A DNA stretch of 10,794 nucleotides from Octopus sinensis (lineage: Eukaryota), in NCBI RefSeq assembly GCF_006345805.1, contig NW_021827275.1:1-10794 (forward strand), in the 5' to 3' direction. The notes beneath the pieces are model-generated. The model saw nothing but the letters and a program-made list of their open reading frames with translations, ran no database searches and was not told where the DNA came from. Made by a program: the position numbers and the translations under genes. Of the stretch, positions 7,523-10,794 are shown piece by piece; the stretch's first letter is position 1, and each line of letters starts with the position of its first letter.

Positions 7523-10500
7523 ATGATCAAGATCGGTTGTGTAAATGCGCGTGGCTTGGGGTCCCCTTGGAAACAAGGGTACCTCTTAATGACATAAAGT
7601 CACATAAGTTAGAAATCATAGCCATAAGTGAGACCAGACTCCACAATCCGCGGGCCCTAAAGACCATGTTTGGCGGACAGTTCAACATTTATTTTTCCCC
7701 TGTCTGCCAAGAATGGGAGGTAGTGGCACCGCGGTACTTTTTCGCAAGAGACTGGATCTCAAAGTAAAGACAATATTCGTGAGACCGGAGGGTAGACTGG
7801 TCGTCATGGATGTCGACGGCAGCAATGGGTTCTCTTTTCGACTCGTGTCAGTCTACGCACCGCCTTAAACAGGTCGGTCGGATTCTTTCAACGTCTAGAA
7901 GTATTCTTGGGAACGTCTCGTCTTTACTCTTAGTGGGGATTGGAATGCTACCTGGGACATGCATGTAGACTAGTGGGTAGAGATAGGAATAGACGGGCAT
8001 GCAAATGCCTCAGAGACCTGCTCAGACGCTTTCAACTGTCTGACAGGTTCCGACTAGACCACCCGAATGCGCCAACGTGGACATGGAGCAACCGCATCGG
8101 GTCGTCGAGATCTATCTAGATAGGATACTGTGTAGGACAGTAGATAGAGATAGCATAGGATGTCCACAATTCCACATAGTCAGCTACACGGATCACAAAC
8201 TTGTGACATGTACGCTAGACTTAGGTAAGACACTTAGGCAGGGTCCCGGATACTGAAAACTAAACGCGTCTTTCCCATCGAGACAGGTTTTCAGAGACCG
8301 GATTAGCATATAGTAAAGAGGGCTTTGACGTGAGCCATCATCAACAACAAATGGTGGTTTGCCCTCAAGAGAGCAGTAAAAGCAGAAGCGATTAGGTACA
8401 GCAAAGCACTAGCCATAGATAGAAATAGAGTAGAGGGTGAGCTAGTTAAGAAGCTAGAAGAGGCAATAAGAAGCGGCATCGCATCCGACGTTTTGGCGGC
8501 GAGGTTGGCCCTCAACCATCACTTCAAACGCCAACAAGAGGGGTGTGCTGTCAGAGCTAGGATGCGTGCTCTAAGGAACGAAGGTGTTGGAAGCCGCGAG
8601 AGAGGCCCGGGTGGCAGAGGCGCAACAGGGCAACAAAGCCACCATTCGGTCTCTGGGAGATGAACAGGGGCGCGAATTGATCGAGGCAAGTAAAATGTGA
8701 GGTCTTCAACAGCATTTTGCCCGACTGTTCAGGACGAGTGGCGGGCAAAGAACGTAGGTGGACTTCAATGCCTACCTACACAGCCTAGCACGACTCTCGA
8801 CAAGAGAGGCAGGGGGCTGCGACGGTGCCATCACGGCGGCGGAAGTGCAGGACGCGATGGCAGAATGCTCGAGGGACAAATCGCCGGGTTTGGATGGTCT
8901 ACCCTATACGAGCTTTATGCCAGACTTGTTGAGACGTTTGGCAGGTGTGTTGTACTGCAACTGGCAGCAAAATGGGAGCATTCTGGTTTGTAGCCGAGGG
9001 AGCCCGTAACACTGCTGAAGAAAGATCTAAAGAAGAGAATGTAATAGAAACTTTAGGCCCATCACTCTGCTTAATGCAGACTTGAAAATTTTGGCAAGGT
9101 GTTAGCCAAGAGGTTGGGCGCTTGTCATCGAGAAACTGGTCGACAAGGCGCAAACGTACGCCGTGGCCGGCCGGACCATCCATGTCAACCTCGACCTGAT
9201 GCGCACATCAGAGACAGGGTAGTTAAGAACCTGGCATGGGTGGGGCGCTGATCAATTTGGATCAATCGAAAGCTTTCGAAAGGTAGACCATCGATACTGG
9301 AGGTAGTCCTCAGAGCGGCTGGCTTCGGTCCGTCTTAACGGCTGGATAGCCGCTTTGTACGTTCGGTAATTCGCGTTTGTAAATGGACATCTATCGAGAC
9401 CTTTCGACATCGTACGTTGGTCCGTCAGGGATCACCCTCTCGTCGCTTCTATACGTATTGACTCTCGAGCCACTATTGCGGAAGCTGGCAACTCTGAGGG
9501 GCATCCGCGAGAATTGGGATGCGGGCGAGCGTGTCTGCACGCGGACGACGTCACCGTCATAGTGTTAGCCACGAGCACATCGAGCAGGTCGGCGAGACAC
9601 TGAAAACTACGAAGCGGTGACAGGAGCAAAAATCAACCGGAAAAATCAGTGGGCTTGCGACTAGGTACCTGGAGAGAAGCAAACCCATGCCGTCCACCAG
9701 CGCCCCGTTGTGGGACGCTGGACCGACGGTCGGTCGAGTTGCTCGGGGTCTGGTTCGGTCCGGCCTCCAAATGGAGAAGAACTGGAACGAGATAACGAGT
9801 AGGGTGGTCACTCTCGCCGGCATGGGCCAAGAGGAAATGTCCCTAAAGTCCGGGCCGAGGAGGTGGCGAACACGTACATCACGTCCGTCATCTACTACCG
9901 CCTGACCGTCGTGCCTGGTCCCGACCTACCATCACCAAACTAGAACGCATTCTCTTTCGCTTCTTGTGGAAAGGATGACGTCCGATGGTCAGGCGATCCA
10001 TTTGCTGTCAACACCCGTTAAAAGGAGGAGGACTGGGCATGCCGTGGTTGATGATGCGCAGACAGCGCTGATGAGACTGTGACATCTCAGGCTCTTCGTA
10101 GACGACGGTGAAACAGGTGTGGTCGCCGTTTGTGAGGCACGCTTTTCCGCAGCTCGTATCCATGACCGAACTGCAATCTTGGATCAAAAAGAGGCCGAGG
10201 GACGAGGAAGTGCGAATTGGCACCGCGCGTGTCGCGTTGCTCTCCAGCAACTCTGCCGTCTGGGTCAACCTTGAGTGACTCCATCAAAACCAAAGCATTC
10301 TAAAGGGGATTAGTGGAGGGGAGGTTACGACGACGAGATCGGGGGCGAACCTGGACGTCGACGAGGAATACCTGACCCGCATGTTCGGGACGATTTCGGT
10401 CCAGGGCCCCTGGACAACTTCCAGAAGGCCCTGGCGCTGGCAGTGCTACCGAGAAGCGCTACCCGTTCGGGATAAGCTCTACAGACACGGCTCGAGAAAC

Positions 10501-10794
10501 ACGGGGCCGACCTGCCCGAGATGCGGTCAGAGCGACGAAAACCATTCTGCACGCACTCGTGCAGTGTCCAACAATTCCGACTATGGCTTATGTCGAACAA
10601 CTGCTGTCACGTGTGGGCGAGAGCGGTTTATCAGCTGGTCTATCGTCAATATTGTCACGCCTCCTTCCTTCCAACGGGGGAGGAAGAGCTATTTTCATCA
10701 TCCTTGTGGCTATGGCGCGAAAAATGTATCTGGTGGACGCGTCTGAAAGGATAGGAGACAAACACTTTCCTCTCTGGTCAATCTCTCATTAACT
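7523..10794 (+). pseudogene. Frameshifted ORF2: AP endonuclease, reverse transcriptase and C-terminal zinc knuckle (zf-RVT-like)
   Basis: APE motifs: MIKIGCVNARGL (7523), IAISETRL (7618), VG(D)WNA (~7933-7949), LDRIL (8116), YTDHKL (8185), GPGY*KLN (8242). RT motifs: DKSPGLDGLPY (8875), FRPITLLNADLKILA (9052), ALINLDQSKAFE (9245), VRQGSP (9420), (Y)ADDVTV (9541). Knuckle: CPRC-x8-H-x4-C from 10513. Many -1 frameshifts and a few stops. Confidence 0.92.

Larger units (their letters stand above)
7297..10794 (+). mobile_element. Tx1-like (L1 clade) non-LTR retrotransposon, copy B, 5'-truncated within ORF1 and running off the window end
   Basis: GC- and CpG-rich block with an ORF1 tail, a 43-bp spacer (7480-7522) and an APE-RT-CCHC ORF2. 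It is the same family as copy A. Confidence 0.93.

Noticed and set aside
8303-10600. Minus-strand and off-frame ORFs within copy B
   Set aside because: They are expected by-products of GC-rich retroelement coding sequence, with no independent motifs.

Overview
AT-rich eukaryotic (animal) genomic DNA, very dense in microsatellites: (TAA)n, (AAG)/(AAC)n, (TA)n, (GATA)n, (CA)n and (TCTA)n. The style resembles a cephalopod (Octopus-like) genome, which is an inference only. No intact protein-coding gene, RNA gene or CRISPR array is supported, and nearly all listed ORFs are microsatellite read-throughs or off-frame pieces of retroelements. The right half holds two same-orientation copies of one Tx1-like (L1 clade) non-LTR retrotransposon. 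Copy A (6282-~7072) is 5'-truncated. Copy B (~7297 to the window end) keeps an ORF1 tail and a heavily frameshifted APE-RT-zinc-knuckle ORF2. Both sit in one (TCTA/TCTG)-rich ~84-bp minisatellite, and both 5' flanks end in TCT, suggesting a GATA/TATC-microsatellite-targeted family. The window opens with the 3' end of an R4/Dong-like LINE joined to (TAA)28. Other items are a 149-bp near-perfect palindrome (741-889), a decayed Ty3/Gypsy RNaseH-integrase relic (minus strand), and a candidate 3-nt microexon at 3898-3900 with a full set of splice signals (branch point, UGC-containing pyrimidine tract, AG, GTAAGT).
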